Assembly: GCA_963693365.1 (NCBI GenBank)
Contig: CAVNZM010000004.1
Span: 10,630,468 to 10,694,467 of the forward strand
Length of the DNA stretch: 64,000 nucleotides
Source: Amoebidium appalachense
Taxonomy: Eukaryota > Protista > Ichthyosporea
Direction of reading: 5' to 3'
In this document: in pieces, positions 1 through 30,244 of the stretch
Numbering within the stretch: position 1 is the stretch's first letter
How the letters are laid out: the number at the start of each line of letters is the position of its first letter
Notes under the pieces: model-generated
The model's database searches: none
Seen by the model: the letters and a program-made list of their open reading frames with translations, nothing else
What the model was told of the DNA's origin: nothing
Translations under genes and position numbers: made by a program

Positions 1-3550
<3,550 letters not shown>

Positions 3551-5427
3551 GGTGTCTCCGTCAAAACTTGAAACAGAAACAGACAAAATAGGATGATATT
3601 TCTCAGGGAAAGCTAGAGCTATGTTGAAGGAATCATTCTCGAGAATATTCGAGTTGCTACAAAAACCTTCTCGGAGCGGGGCTAACGAAAATGCCAGCCT
3701 GAATTTCAGCCCGTTTATCTACAAACGGTATGGATATACCTTTGTATTGTTCGGTTTGGGCAACACAGGGAAATGTGGCTAGTGTGTAAATGTATCCACA
3801 GGATGAAATTTGAACGAGGCGGATTCCTCTATAGATAGCAGAATATCTAAAACACCATAATAGGTGTATATCTCTTTTGAATGTGGCTTGATGTGAAGAT
3901 GCAGACTGTCTCCCTGTGCCCCGATCTGTAGGGACCCATACCCTCTGGTCAGTTTACACGGTTTATTCCCAATCACCTCACCCTTTTCTTACCCCACTCA
4001 TGTAAAAGAAATGGACTGAGTGTGTGTAGGATAAGATAAGGCACGGGGTCCCACAGGGGGGGAGGGGGGGGGGGGGGAAGGTTATTAATCCCCCCCCCCC
4101 CCCCCCAAAGAAAAAAAAACAAAAAAAAAACGTGCAAAGATATGTGTGTTCTCACAATCACACGTGTTTTTAAATAATGAGGATACCCCCTCCCCATCCC
4201 CTCCTACCCCTCCCACTCCTCCCTTTCCCCCCAAAATCTGACAGTGTACCAAGAGAAGTGTGTCCTCGCAATCACACAGATATACTCTGGCAACTAGCCT
4301 AACCGACACAACCATTACCACACCACGACCTTGCTAAACTAACTTCTCAAATACTTCGCTTAAGCCCCCCCCCCCCCCGCCCCCCCCCAATCCCCCTCTC
4401 CCCTTCCCATATAGCTACTCTCTGAGGTTTGCTCTCGCCTATTCATGCACACGATTAAAAGCAGCTAGATAACCACAAGCAGCGCTATTCACGGCAACAT
4501 TGTCCCCCTCCCCCCCCCCCCCCCCCCCCCTCCCCCCCCCCCCAAAACAAACCAAACATACACCACACACACACACAAACGCAAAAAATAAAACACGCCC
4601 CGACAGTACTCACACGCATCTTGCACATGCGTGACTAAAATACCTAAAAGAACATGCGCAAGATTGGAATAACCATGGGGAAAGACCAACACGCACATGA
4701 ACGGCACGCCTGTGTGTATAGTTGTGGGTGTATGTGTGGGGGTGAGGAAGTGGGGGAGGCGCGCGGGGGGGGGGGGGGGAGGGGGGGGGAGAGGGGGAAC
4801 GGGGGGGACGGGAAGGGGTAGAGTTTGCAAGCAACATGAGCAAGATGTAGGGGGAGTTAGGCGGGCAAATGGGACGAGAGAAAAGGGCAAGAAGGATGGT
4901 GGGGCCCGAGGCATATAGTGTGAGTATTACAGAGAACGGGAAGAATGGAGACTAGGAAAATGGGCCAGAGAAAAACAAACCGGTAAAAAAAAAGGGGTTG
5001 GGAGGTAAGCTGCAGCTGGCAACAGCTGTGGAACCCGGAAAACCACAGGACGAGACAAGGGAAAACGCAAGATGGGCAACATGGCGGGGGCAAAGATGGG
5101 GAGAGATACCGATAGATGGAGAAAGGGGGAGGCGGGAGAGCGAGAGCGAACGAGAAGGGGGGAAAAAAGGGATAGAGATAGATGGGGGGGGGGGGGGGGG
5201 GAGAGCGAGAGAGAGAGAGAGAGAGTGAGAGAGAGAGGGGGGGGGGGGGGGGGGGGGGAGAGAGAGAGAGGCGAAAGGGGGGGGCGGGGGAGGGGAAGGG
5301 AGAGGGAGAGAGAGAAAGGTTCGGGGTACGGGGCTAAAGGCAAGACAATCTAATGCCACGGAAAATAATCAGTGAAAAGGAGACCTTTCGAAATGTATGT
5401 CCCTTTCTCGCCCCCTCCCTCCCCTTC

Positions 5428-5468
<41 letters not shown>

Positions 5469-5779
5469 CCTTCCCACCCTTCTCCCCCCAGGCCCCTGTA
5501 CGCACCTGGAGATACGATAAGTTCCGTTGTTCAGTTATGTACCTTGTATTAGTCAGCGCGTACGTTTACCCCTGCAAGAAAGCCGTAAGATCCGGCAGGT
5601 TCGATTTTGTCCTGTCCGCACAGAGTCTCAATACGAGAAGCAAACGTGTGCCTGGCCGTGTACTTTGTGAGCAGGACTTTCAACCACGCCAGCTACCACT
5701 GCTTAGCGCAGTGCAGTGTGGCTACCTCGCAAAACTAAACCCTGTTTGTGAAGTACAGCTTCTTGAAACATGACCCTGA

Positions 5780-6148
5780 AATCTGTTATTTGAAGGCCTC
5801 CTCTTCTTACAGTAGCCTTTGCCTATCCCTTCCACAGTGTTCAAGGCAACGATATTTAGCCAGGGCTCTTGAAATGATGACGTAATCACGAATCAACCTG
5901 CTATTTTTAGCAATTTCTACTGCGCCAGTGCGCGGGCCGGCTTGAACTGCTTTTCGGTTCGAACCTGCTCGAAGAAGGATCGAATCGCACGGTGTGGCCC
6001 GCGAAATTGGCCTGCTCCGGGCGCAGGCCGCTGGCGCGCGCCGCGGCGGCAAAAAGAGAAGGAGGGAAAGGGGAGTGTGTCTGGTGGCAAGGGAGAGGGA
6101 GGAGTTTTTCTAAGGCAGACCTAAACACGCTAGACCCCTGCAGGCATA
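5780..6148. promoter_or_regulatory. Probable bidirectional promoter between NDUFB8 (+) and the upstream exons of the PPP1R21 side (-)
   Basis: Repeat-free segment with a CpG-rich patch at about 5920-6050, directly upstream of the NDUFB8 ATG. A minus-strand donor CAG|GTGCGT lies near 5507, and an acceptor lies just before the PPP1R21 ATG. Confidence 0.4.
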
Positions 6149-11854
<5,706 letters not shown>

Positions 11855-12463
11855 GTGCCTGGCTGCCCAATAAAGATACACATATGTGTGGGTGTGCGGG
11901 TGTGCAGGTGTGTGTGCATGCGCCTGTGCGCGCGTGTGGGTGAAAGTGTACACGTGTGCTTGCGTACGAACGCACGTCGCTTTTTCCTTTTTCGAGTCTT
12001 TTTAGTTATCGGTGGTGGTGGTGGGGTGTGTATACATGCATGTTTTGTGGTGGTGGTGGTGGTTGAGGGTTAGGGGTGGGGGGGGGGGGGGGGGGGAGGG
12101 GGAGGGTTGGAATCAACTTCGATTGCATGGTACTGCAGTTGACATTGCCAACTTGGCGACACCGATATGGCTTCCTCCGTCGACGATGTACGTCTGGACG
12201 TACACATGTACAGTCGGCGAATGATACTAAAGGCCTCGATCGCTGCTCGGATCGCGACCTCGGCCCAACTGTGGATGATTGCTGCAGGTAGCAGGCGCCC
12301 GGCCGCGCATGTGCCCGTTCACATGCACATGTATACAATGGTTTGCTTGATAACAACCCAGCCACCATATGACTTTCTTTTTCCAGAACACGAGCATGTA
12401 TACTACGTAGCTGTGCCACTGGGCGTTTGAAAATGTCCTGGCCGGTTTTGTCTCCGGAGGCCG

Positions 12464-12494
<31 letters not shown>

Positions 12495-13270
12495 CGGAGG
12501 AAGAGAGGGAGGGGATTGGGGCCCCACATGTCCTAGAGATCATTGCACTTTATTGGCCGCTCCCTCCGGCCAAAATATGCGGAAACAAAACCTAGACCGG
12601 TATAGAGCTTTCCTTGGCGCCGGTGCAACAGGCACATACACATTGTCAAATCAATGATTAGAAGGCACACATAATGTGCGTACACATGTACACACACGCA
12701 CGTGCACATCTCAAGAATGGTGTCGTGACCAGCACATGCATACTCCATGGCCCAGGGTTCGGCCACTCAGCCTTCCAGTCTTACAGTAATAGTCACTGTA
12801 TACTTCTTGATGTATATTTTATACTTCCTTTCGGAGCCCCGTACGTCACACAGGCTACAATATAATTTAGCATCGCTTTAAAAATTTGTAAACGTTATTC
12901 AATGATGTCATATGAATTGGCATGGCAGCAACCTATACGTGGCTTATATATACGTGCCAACACTACACACAGTGCAAGACAGAAAAAAAAGAAGAAGAGG
13001 GGAAAAAAGTCTTGTCGATGAAGCACCACAAGCAATAATGTACATATCTCTGTATGTCCCGTCGACCAAGTGATGCACACATGTACAGTTCTGTAGTTGG
13101 ACAGACACGCGTGTGTGATCAACCTATAATCCGTCCTATTACTCGCGAAAGCTACATCTACACATTAGTACTAGTAGCTCAGAGGTCGTGTAGGGTGTGT
13201 ATCAAATCGAACTGCAGTGGTCTGGGTTTAACCTTCAAAAACGATCACCCTACACTTTCAAATCGGAGAA

Positions 13271-13311
<41 letters not shown>

Positions 13312-13432
13312 CCCCCCCCCCCCCCCCCCCTCTTCCCCTTCCCCTAAACCAACCTTTTTTTCCAACCCCACACTATTCAACACATCCACACCGAGCCACC
13401 ATACATAATAAGCAACTATATGGCTCGTCCTT

Positions 13433-13606
13433 TCATCGGTACTGCAGGGTACCGAACCTCTCCTCCAGCTGTCTGCTGTATGCATCCAAGTCCCTCACGG
13501 TCTCCTCTAGCTGCGCCACCCCAGCCTCTATCTGGTCGATCTGCAGGATGTACTTCTCGAGACTCGCATACTTGTCAAATAGCACTTGAAGGCTCTGTGT
13601 GTGTGT

Positions 13607-13665
<59 letters not shown>

Positions 13666-14883
13666 GGGGGGGAGGTCGTGTGTGTGTGTGTGAGCGTGTG
13701 TGTGTGTTTGTGTGCGCGCACACGTGGGTCCGCATGTGTGCGTGTGGGTTGGTGAAGGCACGGGGGGGGGGGGGGGGGGGGGGGGGGGAGGGGGGTAGAT
13801 TTGTTACGCAGTGTGAGGTACGAACTAAAAAGAACGATCCACAAGCAAATTCAGATATGAGAAGGTGAAAACAATGTTTCTGTTTCAACGTATTCTATTT
13901 CTATATTTTGTTTATTTGTGTTTGTTTTTCCATTTGTCTGTGTCTTTATTCGTTTGTATACCTCGGAAGACACGTGCTCGGTGTGCTTGGAGGTGCAACA
14001 ACACATGGCGTAACAAGCAAGCCTGCACGAGCATGATATCATCACACAGTTCACCCCCCCCTCTCCCTCTCTCCCCCCCTACCCCTTCCCACACACACAC
14101 AAAGACAGACACGGCCACACTGCCCTTCCCTCCTTTACTAAGCATGTTTTTATCCAGCCACACATCTACACAGTCCCACGTTTTCCTCACCTACACGCAT
14201 AGTTAACAAGTGGAGTAGTCTAAAACAGGGAAGCGTGGAGGGTTTGCCATAGTTTGAAGAAAAGCACCGGACGAGTGTCCTTCAGCGGTAAGAAGCAAAC
14301 GACACAAGTGGAAAAGGGATGGTTGAGTAAGTGAGCGGGTGGGTAAGTCCACGACGGGAAGGGGTAGGTGCCGGTCATAGTGCGTGTTTCTAAGTGTTTG
14401 AGGTGGGGAAAGGAGGAATCGATGTACGACCAGGAACCACACAGGGAGGGGCGAAGGGGGGCGGGGGAGGGGGGGGGGGGGTGGAGGGGGGAAAGAGGAA
14501 GAGGGGGGGGGGGGGAAGGTACTGGTCGCTCGGGTTGCTAACACAGACATGCAAGCATGCATCGTTGGCTAGGAAAGGGGAGGGAGAGGGGGGGGGGGGG
14601 GGGGAGGGGGGGATTTATTAAACGAGAGGTCAATATAGCAAGCCAACACCCAGGACCAAAAAGAGCATAGGAAGGAGTGTGTGGCAGCGAGGGTAACAGG
14701 GGGTTAGGGAAAACGACCGAACACAGACAAAGCTGTTAGTGTGTGAGCATGTGCGATTTCAGGCGGCTAAGGCGATGAAATATGTTCAAACGTGAAGGCT
14801 GCCAACAGTGTTCTTCTGTGCACAACGTATGTCCAAAAAAACAGGCATACACGTACTCGTGAAGTCCCACATGTGTCTTGCTT

Positions 14884-14919
<36 letters not shown>

Positions 14920-15718
14920 CTCCCCCCCTCCCCCCCTCTCTCCCCCGAGGGAAAAAAAAACCAAAAAAAAAAAAAACCCCTTCCCCACTCCGCTCCCCTG
15001 CTAACTGAAATGTATCCCTACTCAAATGTATGCATGAAATCACACAGGCGTGTATACACATGAGCGCAATCACACACAAGCACATACAAGAACACGCACA
15101 CACCCCCACCCACGCACCCACCCACCCACCAACACACCCACACAAAAAAAACACACAAAAAAACACACACACAACACGTTGTCGTGTCTGTTCAGTGCCA
15201 ATATGGCCTGTATACTCAGCAACCACACACATGCCGCTACACACAGTTTGCAACCGGACACAAGCGCATACGTGAATGCTTCCTCCAAGCTCTCCCCACA
15301 CCCCCACAAAGACACAACCACAAATGCATGCAGGCACCTGGCAAAAAACCACGACACACTCTCACACACGCACGGACACCGATGCACAGACAAGCACACG
15401 CACGGACGGACCAACACACACCCAGGCACGCACGCACACACTCACGAAGGCACGCACGCCGCACGTACACACACACACAGGACGCGTAAGCAAACATGCA
15501 AACATGCACACCTCATTCATTGTTGCCGTTTGCGTTGTCAGCTCCCCATATCTCTGTGCCGTTAGCCTATTTAGTGTCTCCAGCAGCTTATAATCTTCAC
15601 ATGTCGTCTCGAGCTCTGCCCTCACATATGCAGCCACCTTGTCAAACATTTCTTGTGTTAGAACAGCAAGGCGAGCATTATGCTCAGAGTGGTCAGTGTG
15701 AGGGGCTAGGCCGGACAT
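13433..15718 (-). CDS. BLOC1S2: BLOC-1/BORC subunit 2
   Basis: Two exons, 15718-15512 and 13594-13433. EMFDKVAAYVRAELETTCEDYKLLETLN...KYASLEKYILQIDQIEAGVAQLEETVRDLDAYSRQLEERF carries the BLOC1S2 hallmarks EDYKLLE and LDAYS..LE. Confidence 0.93.
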
Positions 15719-16983
15719 TTCTCGGTATTATCAAGAGGAAAGCAAGTAACAAAAGGTTGACTTCACCGTATAACTCGTTGCTCGTTTTGTTTTGTTTTTT
15801 GTCAAGCCGAGTAGAAGTTGTGTCCGAGGTCGTTATTGAAGGAACAGCAATGTGATTCGACCAAAGCGCATCGAGGTGCACATTTATCGAATCAGAAAGA
15901 GCCAAATTCTTCAAGCTTACGTAAGTCCAAAGAGGAACCGGGGAGCAAAAAGTGATTGCACCTCAGGATGTTCTCAGTTTCCTTGTTACTGTGTGAGGCG
16001 TTTTTCCTTATCGGAGTGCGTTACATGAGCCTAGCTTTACGCAGGAGTGTAGGCACCGTGAAGATAATGGCTTTCTCGAACGTGACAGTTGTCCTGGCAG
16101 CATTGTTTGTGTGTGCGCGTGTATGTGAGTGCATTTGTGTGTACGTGTTTATCTGTTTGCGTGTCGTTCTACCTTTTATTCCTGGTTTGAGCTGGGTTAT
16201 GCTGACAAAACTACCACGGATTTGAGGACACTAGTACACTGAGTCCAACGATAATTACGGCGAAAGCCAGACGTCCAGCACCAAAACAGGGTTTGTCTGC
16301 TCTGCTTGATGCTTTCCTTGACACGTGTTCGTCTTTGGTGCTCCTTCGTCGGTTTTCTTTCTTTTTCTTGTTGTTGTCCGATAATTGCTGCCCTGGGACA
16401 AAACCTGTGAAGACGTTTATTAAGTTTAAGCCTAACAGGGCCGGCCTGGGGCGATCAACTCGCTTGATTGCCTCGGGCTGCCTTGTGTGCTGAAACAGGC
16501 GAAAGTCTGAGGTTTTGTCCAAAAGAGAACAGTGGAATATGCTTGCTCTGCTGCTCGTCTGTCACCATTTGGAAAGCAAATTTTTTAAACGGAGTTACTA
16601 TTTTCTGTGCTCCTTCTCGCTACCCCCCCCCCCCCCTCTCTCTGCCTCTCTCCATCCCTCTCCCCGCTCCCCCCCCCCCCCCTCCCCCCTTCTTGCCCCT
16701 TTACCTTCTTGTCTTGTCAACGCCCTCCCCCCCAGGGCTGCCTCAACCCTAGGGGTGCTTCTCTCTGTTTCTCAGATGAGAAAAGCTACGGGCTGTGAAT
16801 GTCGTTAAAATAAAGTATGACGGTCGACGTCTGTTTTGTGGGTTAGCTTGTATGTTTCCTTCATACTTGTGAAGGAGTTTGCAGATTTCCATCGTGCTGC
16901 CAAAGAGCTCCGTGGCCAGAACAGAGTCTTCATAAACGAACTCGGAAAGTGTGCCACCAAAAGGCTCTAAAAGACAAACGAAT

Positions 16984-16989
16984 AAAAAA
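16984..16989 (-). terminator. Pol III oligo(T) terminator of tRNA-iMet
   Basis: TTTTTT on the minus strand, 2 nt after the discriminator base. Confidence 0.8.
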
Positions 16990-16991
16990 GA

Positions 16992-17063
16992 TAGCAGAGA
17001 CAGGTTTCGATCCTGCGACCTCTGGGTTATGGGCCCAGCACGCTTCCACTGCGCCACTCTGCT
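16992..17063 (-). tRNA. Initiator tRNA-Met (CAT)
   Basis: Reverse complement is AGCAGAGTGGCGCAGTGGAAGCGTGCTGGGCCCATAACCCAGAGGTCGCAGGATCGAAACCTGTCTCTGCTA. It shows A1-U72, three G-C pairs in the anticodon stem, a CAT anticodon and an ATCGAAA T-loop, all initiator hallmarks. Confidence 0.97.
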
Positions 17064-17576
17064 TCCGATGGTACATTCCAATGCGAAAACAAGAAGAAAG
17101 CTAAATCATTGTACCCGGAACCTCGGGAATACATTTGGCTTGGAAACTTCTCAGGGCCGGTCACTCAAATGACTTTAGTTAGTGTACACATACTTTTGCT
17201 ACTTTTGACATAAGCGAACTTGCAACCCTCCCAACCAGGCTCTCTCTACAGGCTCCAGGAGCCCCTTGTAAAAAGGTACAGGCACGGTGCGGTGCGCATG
17301 CCCCTGGAAGCTGTCTCTGACTAAGGTTGGGCATCCGTGGGCGGGGAGGGCATGTGTTGTGTGTGTGCACGCTGTGATTCAAATGTGCTATAATGCTATA
17401 TACATACGTGCAAATGTCTGCGCGCGTGTGTGGTGGTGGCGGAGGGGAGAGTTAGAAGTTGTATACCGACGATGTGACGTCAATGGATTTTAAAAGCCCT
17501 GTAGGCCTTATACAGAACAACTCCCAACAAGCACCTGCATGTGTTTGCAGGGAAGGTATGTGTTTATGTGTGTGCT

Positions 17577-17685
<109 letters not shown>

Positions 17686-18373
17686 GTGCGTGTGTGTGTG
17701 TGTGTGTGTGGACGGGGGGGGGTGGGGGAGGGGAGGGGGAGAGAGGGGAGGGGCAAGGGCAGGAGGAATGTGGGGAGGGGAGAGAGGATGGAGAAGAGAA
17801 GGTGCTGGTTCGGCATAATAGAAGCAGAAGCAAAGAACGGCCTGGCTTGATGATCTTGTGGGTGGAACGGATGGTATAAAGTGAATCACGTGACGAAAAG
17901 GCAGAGCGGCGTACTAGTTTAGGCAGAAGGAAGGGACGGAGAGGTGATTCAATGGGGAGGAAGGACAACAGAAGGAATGCGATAAAGCGGACGGCAAGGG
18001 GAAGCTGGGGACGTAGAGGTGGAAGGGTAGAAGGTTAAGTTAGGGTGTGTGTGTGTGTGTGTTGGGGGGGGGGGGGGGGAAGAGAAAGGGGGGACGGGGT
18101 GAGGAAGGGGGAGAGGGGGTAAGGGGGCTGGGGGCAAGCGAGGAGGAGTAGGTGGACAACCGGTAAAAACAACGAAGGTGAAGATTTCGTCCCCAACCAG
18201 CCCCTCCCCCTCCCACCCCATATATCCCCCTTCACGTACACGGCAACACAAACACACCTGTAGGCGACAGACCATGACTCTACCTGTGTACCTGACCCCC
18301 CCCCCCCCCCCCCCTCCCCCTCACTTCAATACACACACACATACAATCAAACACAAAACACGCATACACACAG

Positions 18374-18467
<94 letters not shown>

Positions 18468-18644
18468 ACACACACACAAACACACGCACACACACACACA
18501 CCAACCCACCCACGCACCCACACACCCACCCATACGCGCCACCCACCCACCCACCCACACACATACACACGCACACACACGCACACACATCCACCCACGA
18601 ACCCACCCACCCACCCACCCACTCACACACACCCACACACACAG

Positions 18645-20474
<1,830 letters not shown>

Positions 20475-21058
20475 ATCAACTTGATCATTTGCGACTGGTA
20501 TTCAATACTGAAGGTGGGTTGCAAGGTGAGGCCTCTGTGCCATTAGAGAAACAAACAAACAAAAAAAAACTTCTAGCAGGGTGGATTTCTAATAAATGGC
20601 GCGTCTGTAAAACGAATCCCTCCCCCCCCTCCCCCCCCCCCCCCCTAACCCCGCCAATACATGTACACGCACACACACATACGCCACACCCAACCCCAAG
20701 CTACCACTTCTGCATCGTTTCATACAAAACACAGGCAAACAGGCACACACACAACCGAACGGTAAATGAGCGCCCCGATGGTGTGCGTGTTGAACCTTCG
20801 AGACACAAATAAAAAGAACTGCACAGATTCAGTTCATCTACAGAGACGACGTGCACAGACCACACAGTCCCAATGGATTACGCAATTGTGTGCACATGTG
20901 GCTGCGCATGCCCCCCCCCCCCTTAACCCCGGGCACACCCCCTCCCGGCCGCAACAGTGAGGTGTGCGCGTCATGTGTTCATGACGCACCTCCCTCTCCC
21001 TCCCTCTCTCTTATTCTCTCTCTCTCTCTCGCTGTGTGTGTGTTTGGTTTGTGTGCAT

Positions 21059-21089
<31 letters not shown>

Positions 21090-21738
21090 GGGGGGGGGAA
21101 GAGGGGTGGTTGACGGGGGTATCATGCATAGATAAGACAGGGCCGTGTCCTGTAGATAATTTTATTGCATTCATTCCGCTGATGTCAGCCAGTCGCCCCC
21201 GATTGCGCTGTGGCTGTATACATGCCCACATGATACTATCATGTGCACATCCCCCCCCCCCCCCCCCCCAAAAAAAAATAAAAACAAAAAAAATAAATAA
21301 AAAATAAAAATAATAATAATAAATAAAAAATAAAAATAACAATAAAATGAATAAATAAAAAGCACACCCCCACGCACACTCACACAATCCTTCGTGCACC
21401 AGCCTACACGCCCACCCACACCCATCCCCTAGCTCTCCTACAGAGCTAAATCAGATCACAAGAATCACCATGGCAAAAAAAACTAAACAAAAAAAAGAAC
21501 AAAAAACGGTAATATAATGAAGTCAAATCTCTAACAAAAAAGTGAAGTGCTCGGTAGTTCCTGCATGCACATACTGCTCCACTCTTGCAAGACGCTACAT
21601 ATCTGTGCACACCACCGACAAAGATAATCAATGAAATCTGAATAAACGAGATGCCTTAAAGAAGCAAATACGCCGGCTAGGGGCTATCTGCCATTTAACC
21701 ATTTATGGTGTTAGGATTACCATATATGGAATGTGACA

Positions 21739-26329
<4,591 letters not shown>

Positions 26330-28151
26330 TCTGCAACAGCAGGCACGACAGTCAGTTTGCTGACCATTTGGCCTGAAATGCACATAGCATCGTAACCCAA
26401 CCAGAATCAAGGGAGTACAGCCAATGCCCCCGAGCATTCGCCCAGTGCCTATATGCTTTCATGCAACTAACCCTGTTGTTTTGAGTTCTTTGCTCCCTTT
26501 CATTGACTCTAGTAGACAGAAAAACAGAAGAAACAGAGCAAACCACGAGCTATCCAGAACACTTAAGGGGGCTAACAAGTTACACCCCCCTTTCTCCTCT
26601 TCCCCTCTCCCCAACCCTCGCCCCCGCCCCCCTCCCTTCCCACCATCGATCCTTCGTTCCCCCCTAGTCTCCTCCATAACTCTTTTTTCGAAATTCCCTC
26701 CCTCCACAACAAACACACATGTACACGTAAGAGGCACACACAGATCTCCAAAAAGATGCTTCCAAGTCAAGGTTATATGGCATCTACAGCTGTAGTCACC
26801 CTGTGAACGCGCAAACACACGGCGCTCGGTATATGACATACCTTGAGTGAATTAATGTCTATGTTCTATGCGCTTGCTAGCTCAAAAGGGTGGATCTTAG
26901 CTGATGTTACCCTCATATACCACAAACCAAACGCTTTTGTTCTTTTTGTTTTTTTTAAGGCTTCCCTTTCGTTCGAAACTCGCACTGCACGTACGGCAGA
27001 TGCAGCTGATGTCGGGAGATAAGACATTGTGAGCACCAATCAAATAACTGAAAACAGTTTTGTTGCACGAATCAAAATTATTAAAGGTTAGTCATATATG
27101 GGTGTTGAGTCAGGGCTGGAAATTTTCGAACACACACCCATGTCTGTGGGTTTGCATGTACATGTGCATTGTGCACTCGGCACCCGTGTATCCTATTGCT
27201 TCCCACCATGTGCTCACATAGCTGCACACAACACATTATGTATAAGCGTGTTTATTGTCTGTTGGTATCAATAACTACTGTACAACCAGAGCTCACAATA
27301 TTCTCTGCTCTACTGTACATACACATCGCTGGCCAGTAGCTTTATTATATGACGCACGTCACGATCCCACTAACACAAAATGCCCGGCGGCCGCCAGATT
27401 ATTGAGCCCCTTGGAATTAGGGGTTTGACTTAAACTTTGAAAATAATTTTTTTTATAATGACTTTATTGATATGCTCATGAAAGAGAAACAAGCCGGAGA
27501 TATCACAGATATCTCTTGAAAATAAGCAAATTCGATAGCCCGACAGTGTTCTCCAAACAAGGCTAGAAATTACATTTTAGGATTACTGTATTTTGGCACC
27601 TGGCGAGTCGCCGCCTATTTTTGTCCGGAGATATTTTGGTCCTTAGCCTCCAGTCAATGTGGTCTGGTCAACATCGATGCATGTGACTAGTTGGAGCAAA
27701 CTAGTTTCACGCATACACGTACACTTACGGTTTTGCCCGCTGGTGTCCTTTGTCACTTGTCGCTTTATTTTTATTTCGTAGCTTTGGCTTTTTCAGTTCT
27801 ATTGGTGGTTATGTAGCCTGTGGCTGCACGTTGCCTTCATCAACGGATCAATAAACCCGATCGAGTCAAATGAAAAATATTTACTTCCTTTTTACTACCC
27901 TAGATCTATCCGATATATGTATACCTATTTAGATATATGTTGTTGCTTTCGATTTGCTTATTGGCTCGGCTCAGCCAAGTGCCCCCCGGGCACGATCATC
28001 AGAAACGTACACATACCATGCATGGCATGCACTGCCTCTCTACGGACAAAATCCAAATAAACACACCGCACGAAGGAAACCCCTCTACCCTATCCTCCCC
28101 CTCCACTACCCTCAATGCGTGGGCGTGTGTTTGTGTACGTGTGTGTGTGTT

Positions 28152-28212
<61 letters not shown>

Positions 28213-28329
28213 ATGTATGTGTGCATGTGTGGGTGTGTGTCTGTGTGTGTGTGTGTGTGTGCCGTAGCCGATCATCAAGAGACTAGCTAAAGACGGGGAA
28301 ATGCAACACAGCTCGGGCGGGTGGGTGGG

Positions 28330-28493
28330 GCTAAGTAGGGGCCGACGGGGAAACAAAGCTAAGACGAGTAGAACGATTCGCCGCCTATATACCATAGTCG
28401 GCTCCCTAGTGGCCACTGATTGTTGGAACACTATACCAACCAATCAGGTGGCCTAAATACATCTCTAAATAGAGCTTGATTCATCAAGCGAAG
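28330..28493. repeat. Direct repeat A2 of the DIRS/Ngaro-type element
   Basis: Near-identical to 32156-32319 (GCTAAGTAGGGGCCGACGGGG...TCAAGCGAAG), with a few substitutions. Confidence 0.92.
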
Positions 28494-28904
28494 CATTTAG
28501 ATATGTTGTTGCTATCTGCGACCACATTCTTATTTTACAGAAATAATACACAAAGCTGGATGGCAGGTGCGGCGCGGCGAGTGATTTTCATCCAAATCAT
28601 GAAGGGGGGCGGGTGCTGCTGTCCAATAGGAAGGCACGCATTCGCCAAGACCGGACACCGACCGGAAACACCACTTCTTCGGGGGCTAGGTCCGTGTGGG
28701 CCTGTGCCATCCCTTGCACCACCGGCCACCATAAGGCGGTGTCCCACACCGGGACCACTAATATTCCCTGCGCACATTCCCGCTGAATCTTCGCCACTGT
28801 CCGCTTGATTAACGGAAACGGTGGCGCCCACCAGCTGGGGGCCTGCCATGCGGCGGCAAGCCCATCCTGCCCACCGCTCACGGGGACCACCGCGGTCCAT
28901 GTGT

Positions 28905-30244
28905 TTTTTTATTTTTTATTTTATCCCGTTTCACTCCCGGAGGCACTGCCTAAGGGGAGCTAACGTCTTCCACAGTAGACACACGAATGTGCTCTCTACA
29001 TAGTGCAACTATAAGTCAGGATACATAATCCCGACTGTCACTACATATTCTGGCAATTCTTAGCCCACGGGGTTGCCGCAGTCACGCTAGTGGGGATTGA
29101 GCAAACTCACTTCAACCAACACCTAGCCAGGAGTGACCCGGGGGAAAATAAAAGGGTATAAGCAAGAAAAAATGTTCGGAAAGTTAGAAACAATACAATA
29201 AGACGAAGCAGTGTGTTCGTGCTGCTCTGCATGGTGGAAAAGAAAGAAAGAAGAGCAGTGTGTTGGTGCTGCTCGGCATGGTAGAAGACTAGAGCAGGGT
29301 GTTGGTGCTGCTCGGCATGGTAGAAGACACTAGAGCAGGGTGTTGGTGCTGCTCGGCATGGTAGAAGACAATAGAGCAGGGTGTTGGTGCTGCTCGGCAT
29401 GGTAGAAGACACTAGAGCAGGGTGTTGGTGCTGCTCGGCATGGTAGAAGACACTAGAGCAGGGTGTTGGTGCTGCTCGGCATGGTAGAAGACACTAGAGC
29501 AGGGTGTTGGTGCTGCTCGGCATGGTAGAGCAGGGTGATGGTGCTGCTCGGCATGGTAGAAGACACTAGAGCAGGGTGTTGGTGTTGCTCGGCATGGTAG
29601 AAGACACTAGAGCAGGGTGATGGTGCTGCTCGGCATGGTAGAAGACACTAGAGCAGGGTGATGGTGCTGCTCGGCATGGTAGAAGACACTAGAGCAGGGT
29701 GTTGGTGCTGCTCGGCATGGTAGAGGACACTAGAGCAGGGTGTTGGTGCTGCTCGTCATGGTGGAAGAAGACAGCATGAAGTTCGTGCGGCCTATTGGTA
29801 TTCTTATGTTTTTCTAGAGTTTTTGACGCTTTAGTAAATTTCGTTTTTCCTGACAAAGTGCCCATGTCGCAAAACTAATAACTCGTGTTGTACTAGTCCT
29901 ACGGCAACGGCTCAAACACGGCCATGTTGCCAGCGTTTGGCTCTATGCAATGGTGTGCATGCCGCCCCTTGTGCGTAAATGTGGTGGAGTGTGGATGCAG
30001 CGGCGCACGGCCGTTTACGAAACACGTGTCGTGTTTTGTGCCTGGTCGCGATGGCCCTGTGCGTGTTAAAATTTAAGAGAATAGGAATGTGCAAAATACG
30101 CATCTTGATTGGTTGCATTTTATCTGATGAGCCCGGAGTGGCGATCTTATTGGATAGTTAACTGCTATTTTTAAGGAATCATACTGCTTGTTCACCGATC
30201 ACATATGGTTTTGATGTGATCGGGAGCCCGACATGGCGCGACTG
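28905..30244 (-). mobile_element. Non-coding poly(A) retroposon (SINE or non-autonomous LINE-like) with a 15-bp TSD
   Basis: TSD CCGCGGTCCATGTGT at 28890-28904 and 30245-30259, and an A-rich tail on the minus strand at about 28905-28925. Removing the insert restores the pol frame (TFHTWTA-VVPVSGGQDG). Confidence 0.85.
29207..29772. repeat. 41-bp minisatellite, about 13 copies
   Basis: Unit GGTAGAAGACACTAGAGCAGGGTGTTGGTGCTGCTCGGCAT, head-to-tail with no spacers and degenerate at both edges. Confidence 0.93.

Noticed and set aside
29207-29772. CRISPR-like array
   Set aside because: The units are contiguous 41-mers with no unique spacers, there are no cas genes, and the context is eukaryotic. 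It is a minisatellite.
30120-30150. Hammerhead-like core CTGATGA-GCC..GGC-GATC
   Set aside because: GAAA is replaced by GATC, stems I and III are not convincing, and it lies opposite to the retroposon's poly(A) orientation.
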